DNA from: Alphaproteobacteria bacterium
GTDB taxonomy: Bacteria; Pseudomonadota; Alphaproteobacteria; Micavibrionales; Micavibrionaceae
DNA length: 64,000 nt
Direction of reading: 5' to 3'
NCBI GenBank assembly: GCA_030427385.1
Contig: JAUHWR010000001.1
Location: 1,544,042-1,608,041 of the forward strand
The translations under genes and the position numbers were made by a program. The notes beneath the pieces are model-generated. The model saw nothing but the letters and a program-made list of their open reading frames with translations, ran no database searches and was not told the DNA's origin. Numbering within the stretch: the first letter of the stretch is position 1; each line of letters starts with the position of its first letter. Positions 46,972 through 57,032 of this stretch are shown one piece after another.

Positions 46972-49900
46972 CTAATCCATTAACGCTTGACGAAGCTTTG
47001 CCTGACGATTTTCGTGATACGTTAAGACATCTACAAAGGCGCTATTTACATCATATTGGCGCAATATATCCGCCTCATCAGAAATATCTTGGATATCGCT
47101 TATATCTTGTAAGAAGTCCATCGCTTCACGCATATTCGTATAACCGCCGGAATTATCAACATTTTCAAAAGAAACAACCTGCTTTTGAACTACCTCATCA
47201 TTATTTTGCGCTATAAATGGTATGGATAAATCAAGGCCTAAAATCTCTCGAATGCGATCCGTAGTATGATTGCGTAAAATTTGGTCGGTTTTGATTTCGA
47301 ATAAATCACGTTGACCAAAATTTCCTGTGATATCTGACAATAATAAATTACTATCGCGCACCGGCTCTTTTAAGCTCAGGAATTCAAGATCCGCGTGACG
47401 GCGTGTGCGCTCCGGCTCTATAAATCCTTCATTACTGAATTCGGCAATATCATTAATATCAATGGTGAAGGTTTGATCAAACGTATTGCCCTCCACATCC
47501 GTAACGCGAACAACAATGTCTATCGATGAGAATTCTTCAAAATCAAGCGCATTGCTTTGAAGCAATAACTGATCTCCTGAGATCATAAACATATTATCAG
47601 GATTCGTCATCAGCGTGTAACTCATCACGTCATTGGGCATATTCGCATCTGTTGCCGCAAGATTACCAACCAGTGTTTGTTCTTCGGAATTTTCATCTAT
47701 ATTCATGTTATCCAGCTCGATAACATCCGGCGCCACGTTATCTGTGACGTTAATCGTAAATATCTGATCAAATGTGCCGCCATTACCATCATCGGATCGA
47801 ACGGTCACGGAATGTGTGGCCTGTGATTCAAAATCAAGCGCGGCATTTAAAACAAGATTTCCACTGTCCAAAATGAATTTGCTGTCCGGATCGGCGATAA
47901 TGCTATAGGTGAAGCTATCCGCAGGAAGATCAGAATCCGTGGTAGATAGCGCGCCGATAATCGTGCCAATTTCAGATGTTTCCAATATATCAAGATTTGA
48001 AAGATCAATAGCTGTAGGTGCATCATTTTGCGGCGTTACGGTAATTGCGATGCTAGCCGTATCAGCAATTGCGCCATGTTCAAGACCATCAGCAAGGGAG
48101 ACATCAAAGCCGGCGGTGAGTGTCTCACTGCCATCATGAATGAATGCGACATCAGAATTTATAATATCCTGATACGTGAACGTATTTTGAGCAACGCCGC
48201 CAACTTCTATCGTGCCATTGGATATATTTGATGCAGTGAATGTAATGTCTGCATTTATATCATCCGGGTCAATTCCGCTTAAGTCTGTCGTGGTTAGAGT
48301 GTAGCTTGCGCCCTCATTCATGGCGATGGTTAAATCCCCCCCAATCACCGCGGAGTCATTTTGCGGGGTCACGGTAATATTGAACGTATCTGCCGCAAGG
48401 GTATTTGTCGCATCGCGCACTGTGAAATCAAAGCTATCCGTTGTTGTCTCACTGCCATTATGGACATATTGCACGCGCCCCGCCTGAATATCTGCCAAGG
48501 AGAAACTGGTAATTGCCACGCCTGCATTTGTGGAAAGCTGGAGACGGCCATTACTTAATGCGCCTGTCACATCAAAGATTACCGCGGCAGGCAGCGTATC
48601 AACATCCGATGTTGTTAGTGCCGCTGTTGTAATATCAATTGTGGCGCCCTCATTTAAGGTAATGCCATTATTTGTGGCCACGGCGGGCAGATCATCCACC
48701 GGAGTTACAGTTATGCTCATTACATCAGTATCTGCCACTGCGCCATGCTCCAATCCATCGGCGAGGGAGATATTAAATCCGGCGGTTACTGTCTCACTAC
48801 CATCATGGGTGAATGTAACATCGTTATCTATAATATTTTGGCGTGTGAATGTATTTTGCGTCACGCCGCCCACTTTAATAATGCCGTTTGATAATGCCGA
48901 AACAGTATAGGTAACATCGCCCGCGCCATCATCCGGATCAATCGCGCTCAAATCCGCGGTTGTGATTGTGACGCTATTACCTTCGATGACAGTCATGGAA
49001 AGATCGCCTGTAATGACCGCGCCATCATTTTGCGGTGTAATAACAATATTGAATGTGTCCGCCGCCAATGTGTTTGTTTCATCGCGCACTGTGAATGTGA
49101 AGCTATCTGTTGTTGTCTCGCTGCCATCATGGACAAATCGCACGCGCCCCGCATTGATATCCGCCAAAGAAAACGCCGTAATGGCAACACCCGGCGCAGT
49201 TGAGCGCTCTAAACGCCCATTTGCAGGCGAGGCCGTCACATCAAAAATCACTTTACGCGGTTCAGTATCAATATCCGTAGTGGTTAATTGTGCGTTGGAA
49301 ATAGTAACGGTTGCACCTTCATTTAAAGTTACGCCGTTATTGATGGCCGCGGTCGGTAAATCATCCACCGCATCAATGATAATATCAAAGCGCCCCGTAT
49401 CAGGAAGCGTGCCATTTTCCGTACCGTCAATGACAGATAGATCAAATCCCGCCGTTAATGTATCGCCGCCATCATGGATAAACGTTAGACGATTATTATC
49501 TATGTCATCCTGCGTAAAGGTTGTTGCCATGACGCCGTTAACTTCCAAATGGCCATTTTCAATGTTGGATGCGGTATATGTTAATCCGGTTCCGCTATCA
49601 TCCACATCCACTGTATTAATATGAACATTTGTCAGGTTCAGCGCACCGCCTTCATTCATGCGAACTTCATTTCCGCTTTCGTAAAAGTTAACATTGCGGA
49701 ACGTAATTGAGCTTGTCCCCGATGCATCATGATCCAGAACAAATACCATCTGGGTCATATTGCCGGTGTAATCCTGCCCGATCGGAATATCAAATCGCAC
49801 CCAGCCATCACCAGATTGATATGTACGGAATGTCTGATCCATACCTGACCATACTTGCGAGCCATATAATTGATATCCTAATACCCCGCCGCCAAAGCCG

Positions 49901-52900
49901 CTTGCATCATCAAAGCCAATCCCCACGATCTCTGCCGGATCATCCGTCTGAAATTCAAATGACAATACCGTATTTGCCGTTAAAGAATAGGGATATAGAA
50001 CACGCTTCCATGCATTACCACCAATCGTTAGTTCAGATCCATCTGCACTGACGGTTGCTGTAGCTGGCAAGCCGTTTTGCCCGTCTTGAAAAGCATCAAA
50101 GGCTTCTATTGTATAATCATTAAAATCGATAATATTCGGCGCGCCGTCATTTATCACCAGAGTCGGTGCTTCGTTAATCGGTGTCACATTGATTAAGAAC
50201 GTATCAGTATCAGGCGCCGCGCTGTTTTCGCCGCCATCGGCAACTTGAATATCAAACCCCGCAACAGTTGTTTCGCTATCATCATGTATAAACGTGACCA
50301 ATCCAGCATCCAGATCGGCCTGCGTGAACGTATTTTGTGTCACGCCGTTCACTTGAATTATTCCGTTACTTAGATTAGACGCGGTCCAATCCAAACCTGT
50401 TCCGAAATCATCGGGGTCAAAGGAATCCAACATGGTGGTATTTAAAACCAGCGTTGCGCCTTCATTCATGGTCGGCGCAGCATTGGTGGAAATTATAGGT
50501 GCATCATTAATGTTATCAACGCTCATGCTAAATGTACCTGAGGCAGTGCCCGCCCCATGCTCCCCGCCGTCAGCAATTGTAAAATCAAAACTAGCCGTCG
50601 TCGGAGGGCCGCTATGGCGGAAAGCAATTCGTGAATTATCAATATCATCCTGCGTAAAGCTGGTAATCGCCACATTCGGGTTTGAGACAAATTCAACTTG
50701 TCCGTTAACTGTCCCTGTTATGTTGAAATCCAGACCAATGCCGCTATCATCCGGATCAGCGGCGCGCAAAACAGCATTTTTAATTAAGACAATGCTGTTC
50801 TGATTTACAGAGGAACCAAGATTTAAACCAATCGTCGGGGCATCATTCACCGCAATTTTTGTCAGGTTAATCGTAGCACTATCGGGGACAGCGCCATGCT
50901 CCCCGCCATCTGCCACGCTCACATCGAATTGTGCATTTCCTTCATTGCCATCATGACGAAACACAACCCGATTTGCATTTAAATCGGCTTGGGTAAACGA
51001 AAGGATCGGCACACCCGGATTAGTCGAAAGCTCCACAAAGCCATTTGTGATATTGGATAGTGTATAAGTAAGACCTGTGCCGCTATCATCCGGATCAGTC
51101 GTATTTAAAATTGCGGTTGTAATGGTTACGGTTTGACCTTCGACCACGCTGACGGGCGCATTTGTTGTGATGATCGGCGTATCATTTAACGGCGTTCTGG
51201 TAAGGGTGAATGTCCCCGTAGCGGGTACGGCGCTATCCTCCCCGTCATCCGCCAAAGAAAAGTCAAAGCTGCCATTGGCTTCTGCGCCGTCATGGATAAA
51301 GACAACCCGGTTATTATTGACATCATCTTGCGTAAATGTTGTGGATGTTACGCCGTTGACCTCTATGTGGCCATTTGCAATCGAACTGGCAGTATACGTT
51401 AATTGATCTGGTGTATCCGTTACATCTGTATCGGTTGAATCCAGCATTGCTTGGGATATGCCAATGCTACCCCCTTCCAACACAGTTGCGCCGGTATTGG
51501 TTATGATAGAGGGACCATAATTTACATCCGTGATCACAATATTAAAGGTGTTTCCTGATACTGTCTCCCCACCATCAGTTACACTGAAATCAAAACCATC
51601 GGACAAAGTCTGCGATCCGTCATGGATATAAACTACGCGGTTATTTTGTATATCATCAAGCGTGAAGCGTGAAATTTCATAACCGGGGTAAGTTGTTAAC
51701 TCAATACGGCCATTGACCGGCTTGCTTTCCATTCTAAAAATTGTATCGCTCGCCACATTATCAATATCGCTTATATTCAACTCCGCAATCGTAATCGGGG
51801 TTGTGGCCCCTTCCAGAACATTTAACGGGTTGTTATGTGTGATGGTAAAATCATCGTTAAAGTTAATAGTAATATCAATTTCCGCAAATTTCCCGCCAAC
51901 GGCTTCAGTGGCGCGAATGGTCAAAATGTAGCTATCTGTTACAGTTGCATTCAGATTTGTGGTATCCAGAATTCGTAATTCACCTGTCAGTGTATCAATC
52001 TCAAATATACCATCGCCATTTCCCGCCTGAACCGAATAGTTTAACACGCCGCCTTCGGGGTCAATCCCCTTCACAAACCCAACAGAATCGCCAACATTAA
52101 TGTCCGATCCATCAGGGTTGGAATGGCTGAGTGTATAAGTATCATTATTGATAACATCCTTGCCCTCCCACTCCACGACTGAATATCGCGAACTGCCATT
52201 ATTATCGTCATACCACAGGTCATTATTGTTCATCAGCGCATAGTTTGCGCCTGTACCGCTATTTGGCTCTGATCCGTTCCAGTTATTATAAAATGCACCA
52301 TTATCTACATTACCATTTCGCACAATTTGCATACCGGCTTCGGGGCCCGCCATCCAATACCACTCCCCTTCATTGCCGGAATCACTGGCGGCAATCCATG
52401 AATGTGTTGATGTCATCTGATCTACGAATGATTGCTCCGCAGCCGATGTGATGGTGACCAAATGCCCGCTTTGGCCAAAAAGAAGCTGCGTTTCCGCAAA
52501 TGATAACGCATCATCAAAAGACCTGTTTGTGGTGATCTCTTTACAAAAATTCCCTGTTGCCGCACTGTAATAAACACCAAAATAAGTTGTTTCAACAACT
52601 GCTTCCGCCGTCAGAAGGGGCGCTTCATCGATATCGGTGATGTTAATAACAACATTCCTGTCGGTATATTTTGATAAAGCATTGTCATCATAAGCGCGTA
52701 TACGAATGGTATATTGATTATCACGGTCATAATCCAATAACGTATTATTCGCAATTTCAATTAAACCCGTCGTTGCATTAATTTTGAATACATTATCGTT
52801 ATTACCGCTTACGATTGAATAGGTGCGCGTATCCCCTTCTGCATCTGTCGTTACAACCGTGCCGACATCATCATTAACACTCGCATTTTCGGCAATGGAA

Positions 52901-55530
52901 AAAGGGCCATAGCTTGTAAAAACCGGCGCCGTATTTTCAAGTGCATCCAGAATATTGATGGTATAGGTCTGATCATCAAAAAGTAACCCCGGCCCATTAT
53001 CCGTCGCACGTACATCCAATGTATATGATCGTATTCCCAATTCGTAATCAATTGAGCTGTTATCAATAATTTTAATTTCACCTGTGGCGCTATCAACCGA
53101 GAAAATGCCCACGCCCGTGCCACCGGTAATAGTATATGTCAGGCTTTGCCCAACATCCGGATCATATCCCGCCACATGCCCGATTTGATCATTATTCGGG
53201 GTTAATTCCGACATTTCAATGACACGGTCAGAACCGGTTTCCTTTAGTTCCTTAATTTTCAAATTATCGATGCCGAACGCTTCATTATTAAGATCATTTG
53301 TATTCAAGTTTGAACCAAAACCTAATTTAAAGGAGCTATCCGTATTCTTAATGGTTAAAGAATATCTGACGATCTGGTCCTGATAAGAGGTGTTATAAGT
53401 AATAAAGCCGATATCATCGGTTAATTCCTGTACGCGATATGTCACATCGCCAAATGTGCCACCCACTTCCCGATCATAAGTCGTGCGATTATAAATATCA
53501 TTGTTTAAAACCTGTGTATCATTAATAAACAGGTAAAATCTCTCGTTTTCCCAACTATCAAGCTCATAAAAATCAAACTCAATTGTGATATATTCCTGAT
53601 CACCGGACAGGGCGAATGTTTGAAATAATTCTTGATCGCCCGCAACGTGAACATTTCTGCCAAATCTGCCCCAAAACTGCGATAACGTGGCATCGGTTGA
53701 TGTTGTATTATTATTCCAACCTGATGCGCCGCCTTCAAAATCCTCATCATATATAGTTACTTCTTCCAATAAAACCGGCGCGGTATTGACGGTATTGACC
53801 CGGATATCATAGGTCTGTCCCGCAATCGTGTTGGTACCGTCATACAGGCTGAAGATAAATTGATCATCAGATCCGATCATGCTGTCATATGTGATTGAAC
53901 CAACATCTAAATCATTCTGTGTAAATGTATCCCCAAGCCCCAAAGCGACCCCGTCTTTGTAGATCGTGCCAAAAGAAACATTGCCGGTAATGGTGTAAAT
54001 CAAGGCGGAGGAGCTATCATCAATATCTGTGGCAATTAATTTGGTATTTAACTCACCTGGATCAAGCGGAAAATCATAGACAATAAAATCACTATCAATG
54101 GTGCCCTGAAAGGCCGTTGTTCCGTTCGCACTGCCGTTAAAACCGCCATAAGACCCACCGCCAACAACCCCGATGCCGCCGTCATTACCACCGGATAAAT
54201 CGGCTGTGTCCGTATATCCTGTTAAAGAGGCTTCGGCCGTTCTGCCATAAGAAAACCAATCAAAGTTTCCTGCTTGACGGTAATGCATTCTGATTTCGTT
54301 TGATTGCACATCAACTTCAACAACTACCGCATACTGCGTAGAGTTAGCCAAAGCCGCCCCAGAGGATAAAACGGGAGTATTAGAGGCCGCACCTGAATAC
54401 CAGACCAATTCGTTTGCGCTATTAAGATAGAGCCCTATTCCGCGACCTGATCCGCCATCTTCAAACAGAACTTGTCCGGGATTTGCCGCGTAATTAGTTG
54501 CCGCCGTTGTAAAAATAAGTGTGAACTGGCTGCTTTGACCATCTATCAAACCCTGATTTGTGCCATATGATCCAACCCCGCTTTCGCGATATTTTTCAAT
54601 GCCAAATGTGCTGGCATCGCCGCCGAGTGAGACGGAAAAGCCAAGCGAGACATCCGCGCCGTTATTGGTGACAATTATCGGTGCTTCATCAACCGGCGTA
54701 ACATCAATCGAAAATGTCTGCGCGGTTACTGTGTCTGTCCCATCCGTAATTGTAAAATCAAATGAATCCGATATGGTTTCGGAATCATCATGCACATATT
54801 GCACACGGTTATTATTAAGATCATCCAGTGAAAAAGACGTAATCGCAACGCCGGTATTTGTGCTCAGCTCTATGCGGCCATTTATGGTTGTACTTGTGAT
54901 ATTAAAGATTACTTCTGTATCCGTATTATCTGGATCGCTTACGCCCAACATCGCCGAAGTGATCGTTGCCGTACTACCTTCAAGAAGGCTGAGCGGTGTG
55001 TTTGTATCTACGCTTGGCGCTTCATTTTGAGCAACAACTGTCACACTGATATCTTCGGAAAAATACGCCCCTAGAGAGAAATTTATCGTACGGTTAAGCG
55101 TTGGGCTATCTGAGCTATTTTGATAAGTTATATTTTCTATCAAGCGTTCAATTGCCGCTTTGGACGCATTAATATTTAAATCAAAGACCAAATCCAAGCC
55201 GTTTGTTCCGTTTGAAGAAACCGTGGCAATCAATACGCCCTCAAAAGTCACGTTCGCTCCATCGAAACCGATTTGACCTGCGCCCGTGCCTTCATCATTT
55301 AAAGTTAATTGGTCTTCCGCGCCGCCCGTCGTTGATATCGTTAGCGCATCACCATCAAAATCGGTTGTTGTGCCTGAGATAGTAACGTCTGAATCAAGTA
55401 TTTGCGGAGTTGCATTGGCATCATTTTCCGCCATAACAGTTGTTGTCGTCAACGCCCCCAAAGAAGCATCCAACATCACGCGCTTTTCCAGCGCCATGAG
55501 GGTCAATCTCTTTTTTCGGATCCCTGACAT
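46972..55530 (-). CDS. Giant (~2850 aa) mosaic adhesin with about 20 cadherin-like/Ig-like ~105-aa repeats, classical cadherin repeats, LamG, two jelly-roll/CBM-like domains and a C-type lectin domain; no Sec signal, no RTX
   Basis: Recurrent repeat ...NEGA...I....L...D.D......F......NG..........IT.F...D.....V.F.HDGSE....F.F...DG. LamG at about 54100-54560. Jelly-roll at about 53250-53760. CTLD at about 52160-52560 (HSWIAASDSGNEGEWYWMAG...YNNWNGSEPN...WYDDNN...VVEWEG). CBM-like domain at about 49670-50140. Classical cadherin repeats at about 47440-48040 and 52590-53000. The ORF-track start at 55539 is a TTG; the ATG at 55528-55530 has a GGAAAGG SD. Confidence 0.85.
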   Translation of the reverse strand: MSGIRKKRLTLMALEKRVMLDASLGALTTTTVMAENDANATPQILDSDVTISGTTTDFDGDALTISTTGGAEDQLTLNDEGTGAGQIGFDGANVTFEGVLIATVSSNGTNGLDLVFDLNINASKAAIERLIENITYQNSSDSPTLNRTINFSLGAYFSEDISVTVVAQNEAPSVDTNTPLSLLEGSTATITSAMLGVSDPDNTDTEVIFNITSTTINGRIELSTNTGVAITSFSLDDLNNNRVQYVHDDSETISDSFDFTITDGTDTVTAQTFSIDVTPVDEAPIIVTNNGADVSLGFSVSLGGDASTFGIEKYRESGVGSYGTNQGLIDGQSSQFTLIFTTAATNYAANPGQVLFEDGGSGRGIGLYLNSANELVWYSGAASNTPVLSSGAALANSTQYAVVVEVDVQSNEIRMHYRQAGNFDWFSYGRTAEASLTGYTDTADLSGGNDGGIGVVGGGSYGGFNGSANGTTAFQGTIDSDFIVYDFPLDPGELNTKLIATDIDDSSSALIYTITGNVSFGTIYKDGVALGLGDTFTQNDLDVGSITYDSMIGSDDQFIFSLYDGTNTIAGQTYDIRVNTVNTAPVLLEEVTIYDEDFEGGASGWNNNTTSTDATLSQFWGRFGRNVHVAGDQELFQTFALSGDQEYITIEFDFYELDSWENERFYLFINDTQVLNNDIYNRTTYDREVGGTFGDVTYRVQELTDDIGFITYNTSYQDQIVRYSLTIKNTDSSFKLGFGSNLNTNDLNNEAFGIDNLKIKELKETGSDRVIEMSELTPNNDQIGHVAGYDPDVGQSLTYTITGGTGVGIFSVDSATGEIKIIDNSSIDYELGIRSYTLDVRATDNGPGLLFDDQTYTINILDALENTAPVFTSYGPFSIAENASVNDDVGTVVTTDAEGDTRTYSIVSGNNDNVFKINATTGLIEIANNTLLDYDRDNQYTIRIRAYDDNALSKYTDRNVVINITDIDEAPLLTAEAVVETTYFGVYYSAATGNFCKEITTNRSFDDALSFAETQLLFGQSGHLVTITSAAEQSFVDQMTSTHSWIAASDSGNEGEWYWMAGPEAGMQIVRNGNVDNGAFYNNWNGSEPNSGTGANYALMNNNDLWYDDNNGSSRYSVVEWEGKDVINNDTYTLSHSNPDGSDINVGDSVGFVKGIDPEGGVLNYSVQAGNGDGIFEIDTLTGELRILDTTNLNATVTDSYILTIRATEAVGGKFAEIDITINFNDDFTITHNNPLNVLEGATTPITIAELNISDIDNVASDTIFRMESKPVNGRIELTTYPGYEISRFTLDDIQNNRVVYIHDGSQTLSDGFDFSVTDGGETVSGNTFNIVITDVNYGPSIITNTGATVLEGGSIGISQAMLDSTDTDVTDTPDQLTYTASSIANGHIEVNGVTSTTFTQDDVNNNRVVFIHDGAEANGSFDFSLADDGEDSAVPATGTFTLTRTPLNDTPIITTNAPVSVVEGQTVTITTAILNTTDPDDSGTGLTYTLSNITNGFVELSTNPGVPILSFTQADLNANRVVFRHDGNEGNAQFDVSVADGGEHGAVPDSATINLTKIAVNDAPTIGLNLGSSVNQNSIVLIKNAVLRAADPDDSGIGLDFNITGTVNGQVEFVSNPNVAITSFTQDDIDNSRIAFRHSGPPTTASFDFTIADGGEHGAGTASGTFSMSVDNINDAPIISTNAAPTMNEGATLVLNTTMLDSFDPDDFGTGLDWTASNLSNGIIQVNGVTQNTFTQADLDAGLVTFIHDDSETTVAGFDIQVADGGENSAAPDTDTFLINVTPINEAPTLVINDGAPNIIDFNDYTIEAFDAFQDGQNGLPATATVSADGSELTIGGNAWKRVLYPYSLTANTVLSFEFQTDDPAEIVGIGFDDASGFGGGVLGYQLYGSQVWSGMDQTFRTYQSGDGWVRFDIPIGQDYTGNMTQMVFVLDHDASGTSSITFRNVNFYESGNEVRMNEGGALNLTNVHINTVDVDDSGTGLTYTASNIENGHLEVNGVMATTFTQDDIDNNRLTFIHDGGDTLTAGFDLSVIDGTENGTLPDTGRFDIIIDAVDDLPTAAINNGVTLNEGATVTISNAQLTTTDIDTEPRKVIFDVTASPANGRLERSTAPGVAITAFSLADINAGRVRFVHDGSETTTDSFTFTVRDETNTLAADTFNIVITPQNDGAVITGDLSMTVIEGNSVTITTADLSAIDPDDGAGDVTYTVSALSNGIIKVGGVTQNTFTRQNIIDNDVTFTHDGSETVTAGFNISLADGLEHGAVADTDVMSITVTPVDDLPAVATNNGITLNEGATIDITTAALTTSDVDTLPAAVIFDVTGALSNGRLQLSTNAGVAITSFSLADIQAGRVQYVHNGSETTTDSFDFTVRDATNTLAADTFNITVTPQNDSAVIGGDLTIAMNEGASYTLTTTDLSGIDPDDINADITFTASNISNGTIEVGGVAQNTFTYQDIINSDVAFIHDGSETLTAGFDVSLADGLEHGAIADTASIAITVTPQNDAPTAIDLSNLDILETSEIGTIIGALSTTDSDLPADSFTYSIIADPDSKFILDSGNLVLNAALDFESQATHSVTVRSDDGNGGTFDQIFTINVTDNVAPDVIELDNMNIDENSEEQTLVGNLAATDANMPNDVMSYTLMTNPDNMFMISGDQLLLQSNALDFEEFSSIDIVVRVTDVEGNTFDQTFTIDINDIAEFSNEGFIEPERTRRHADLEFLSLKEPVRDSNLLLSDITGNFGQRDLFEIKTDQILRNHTTDRIREILGLDLSIPFIAQNNDEVVQKQVVSFENVDNSGGYTNMREAMDFLQDISDIQDISDEADILRQYDVNSAFVDVLTYHENRQAKLRQALMD
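48028..49365 (-). repeat. Near-exact tandem duplication (two units of 669 bp / 223 aa, each a two-domain unit) inside the adhesin gene
   Basis: The units begin at DDLPTAAINNG (first Asp codon at 49363-49365) and DDLPAVATNNG (48694-48696), exactly 669 bp apart. Long identical DNA runs occur, for example CATCGCGCACTGTGAA in both copies (near 48410 and 49080). Confidence 0.85.
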
Positions 55531-55610
55531 CAATAACAACCTTTCCGTCTTCTATTAAGTGTAATCGGATTTGGTTAAGAACTCTTAAAATTTTCAATAG
55601 TATCAGCAAT

Positions 55611-57032
55611 TTAATGCGTCATGACGATATCTCTCGCTAATGTATTTTGAAAGGTTGCATAGGCATCTTGCAGATCCGTTAACGATTGGTAATAAGATAT
55701 TTTTTTAGATTGCGCCTGCATCTTACGGATAAAAGCATCCTGTTTTGTTTCAAACCCAACGCCTGATTTCTTTTCCAGCGCATAAGCCATGAATTTTTCA
55801 TTCTCATATTCTTTCTGGCGATCACGCGTTAATTGATAAAAATAATCCAGCCTTTGCCGCGCCAAATGTACCTGTGTCATTACCGCCAAAGTCAATGATA
55901 ACCGCTTGGCGTTATCTATCTCCATTTGGTTTTTCGCCCCGCGCTTACGAAGGGGATAAGTAATCAGAGCAGATAAGTTTTGCTGCAAGGATAACGTGAA
56001 ACTGCCCCATTGATTTTGTCTTAAAAAATCGTTGCCATCGCGATTAATGCCAAATAATAATTCCGCGCCCGGAACGGTGCGAATGATTTCCTCGCGTAAG
56101 TTTTGTAAATTCACATCCCGCTGCAATACTTGTTCACGTATCTCAGGACGATTTTTAATTGCCTCTGCTTCAAGAGTTTCTATATCTTCCGCCAGAAGTG
56201 CCTTCACCTCTTTCGATGGTATCCGCATATCTTCGCTTAGTTTCAGATTGATATTTTGCGGATAAGATAACAGGCTTTTCAACTCGGTCATCGCCAGAGA
56301 AATCTGGCTTTGAGAGTTACGAAGCGCGGTAAGTGATTCTTGGATATCCTGTTCCATATCTCCTAATACTTCACGTGAAAGTAGCTTTTTATTCTCTGCG
56401 GTTTTTATATTTTGAAGCAATTCCTGCGCTTGGCGAAAAATAGCATCGCTTTCCTTTTCAGTTTTTTGTGCGGCGAGCGCACGGTAATAAGCGGCATAAA
56501 TATCCTTTTGAATATTCTGGACGACTTTATTATAACGCTCTATCGCTATTTTTTGCTGCGCTTTTGCATTTTGTGCCTGAGACACCGCCAATAATATATT
56601 TAACGTTGTCCAGTTCACGCTTAAATCTTGGGTATCCCGAAAGGACTGGGTTGAATATGATGGCTCTAATGATTGGGTATTTGTTAAAACTGACCGGCTA
56701 GACGCCGCGCCCTTATTGGATCGCCCAATATAGCTCGCATTTAAGTTTAAAGATGGTAGCGCATTCATTCTGGCCAGATCAATCTGGTCTTCGGCGGCCA
56801 GAGTTTCTAATGCGGCAACATATGCATCTAAATTCTTTTCTGCGCCGCGCCTTAAGGCATCATTCAAGGTTAGATGAATTGTTTGATGTTGAAAATCATC
56901 AAATCCCAATGCCTTTTGATCTTGCGCTAATACATCAATATGCTGCGCGCTATCCATCTCCGTTGGAGTTGTAGTACAACCGCACAAAAGGACAAAACCG
57001 CCAAGAAACATTAATTTTAAGTTGGGTATCAT
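55611..57032 (-). CDS. TolC-family outer-membrane channel lipoprotein
   Basis: Lipobox LLCGC. Two-fold repeated coiled-coil/beta architecture typical of OEP proteins (473 aa). Its start overlaps the upstream gene's stop (ATGA at 57029-57032). Confidence 0.8.
   Translation of the reverse strand: MIPNLKLMFLGGFVLLCGCTTTPTEMDSAQHIDVLAQDQKALGFDDFQHQTIHLTLNDALRRGAEKNLDAYVAALETLAAEDQIDLARMNALPSLNLNASYIGRSNKGAASSRSVLTNTQSLEPSYSTQSFRDTQDLSVNWTTLNILLAVSQAQNAKAQQKIAIERYNKVVQNIQKDIYAAYYRALAAQKTEKESDAIFRQAQELLQNIKTAENKKLLSREVLGDMEQDIQESLTALRNSQSQISLAMTELKSLLSYPQNINLKLSEDMRIPSKEVKALLAEDIETLEAEAIKNRPEIREQVLQRDVNLQNLREEIIRTVPGAELLFGINRDGNDFLRQNQWGSFTLSLQQNLSALITYPLRKRGAKNQMEIDNAKRLSLTLAVMTQVHLARQRLDYFYQLTRDRQKEYENEKFMAYALEKKSGVGFETKQDAFIRKMQAQSKKISYYQSLTDLQDAYATFQNTLARDIVMTH

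Noticed and set aside
47000-52000. Highly periodic DNA repeats that might be mistaken for a CRISPR or satellite array.
   Set aside because: The periodicity is about 300-670 bp, in frame, and encodes cadherin/Ig-like domains of a single 8.5-kb ORF. There are no short direct repeats with unique spacers and no cas genes.
52160-52560. The C-type lectin domain as a possible diversity-generating retroelement (DGR) variable region.
   Set aside because: The window contains no reverse transcriptase gene, no template repeat and no Avd-like gene. The CTLD is internal and of the classical animal-lectin-like type, rather than a C-terminal DGR-type CLec/FGE fold.
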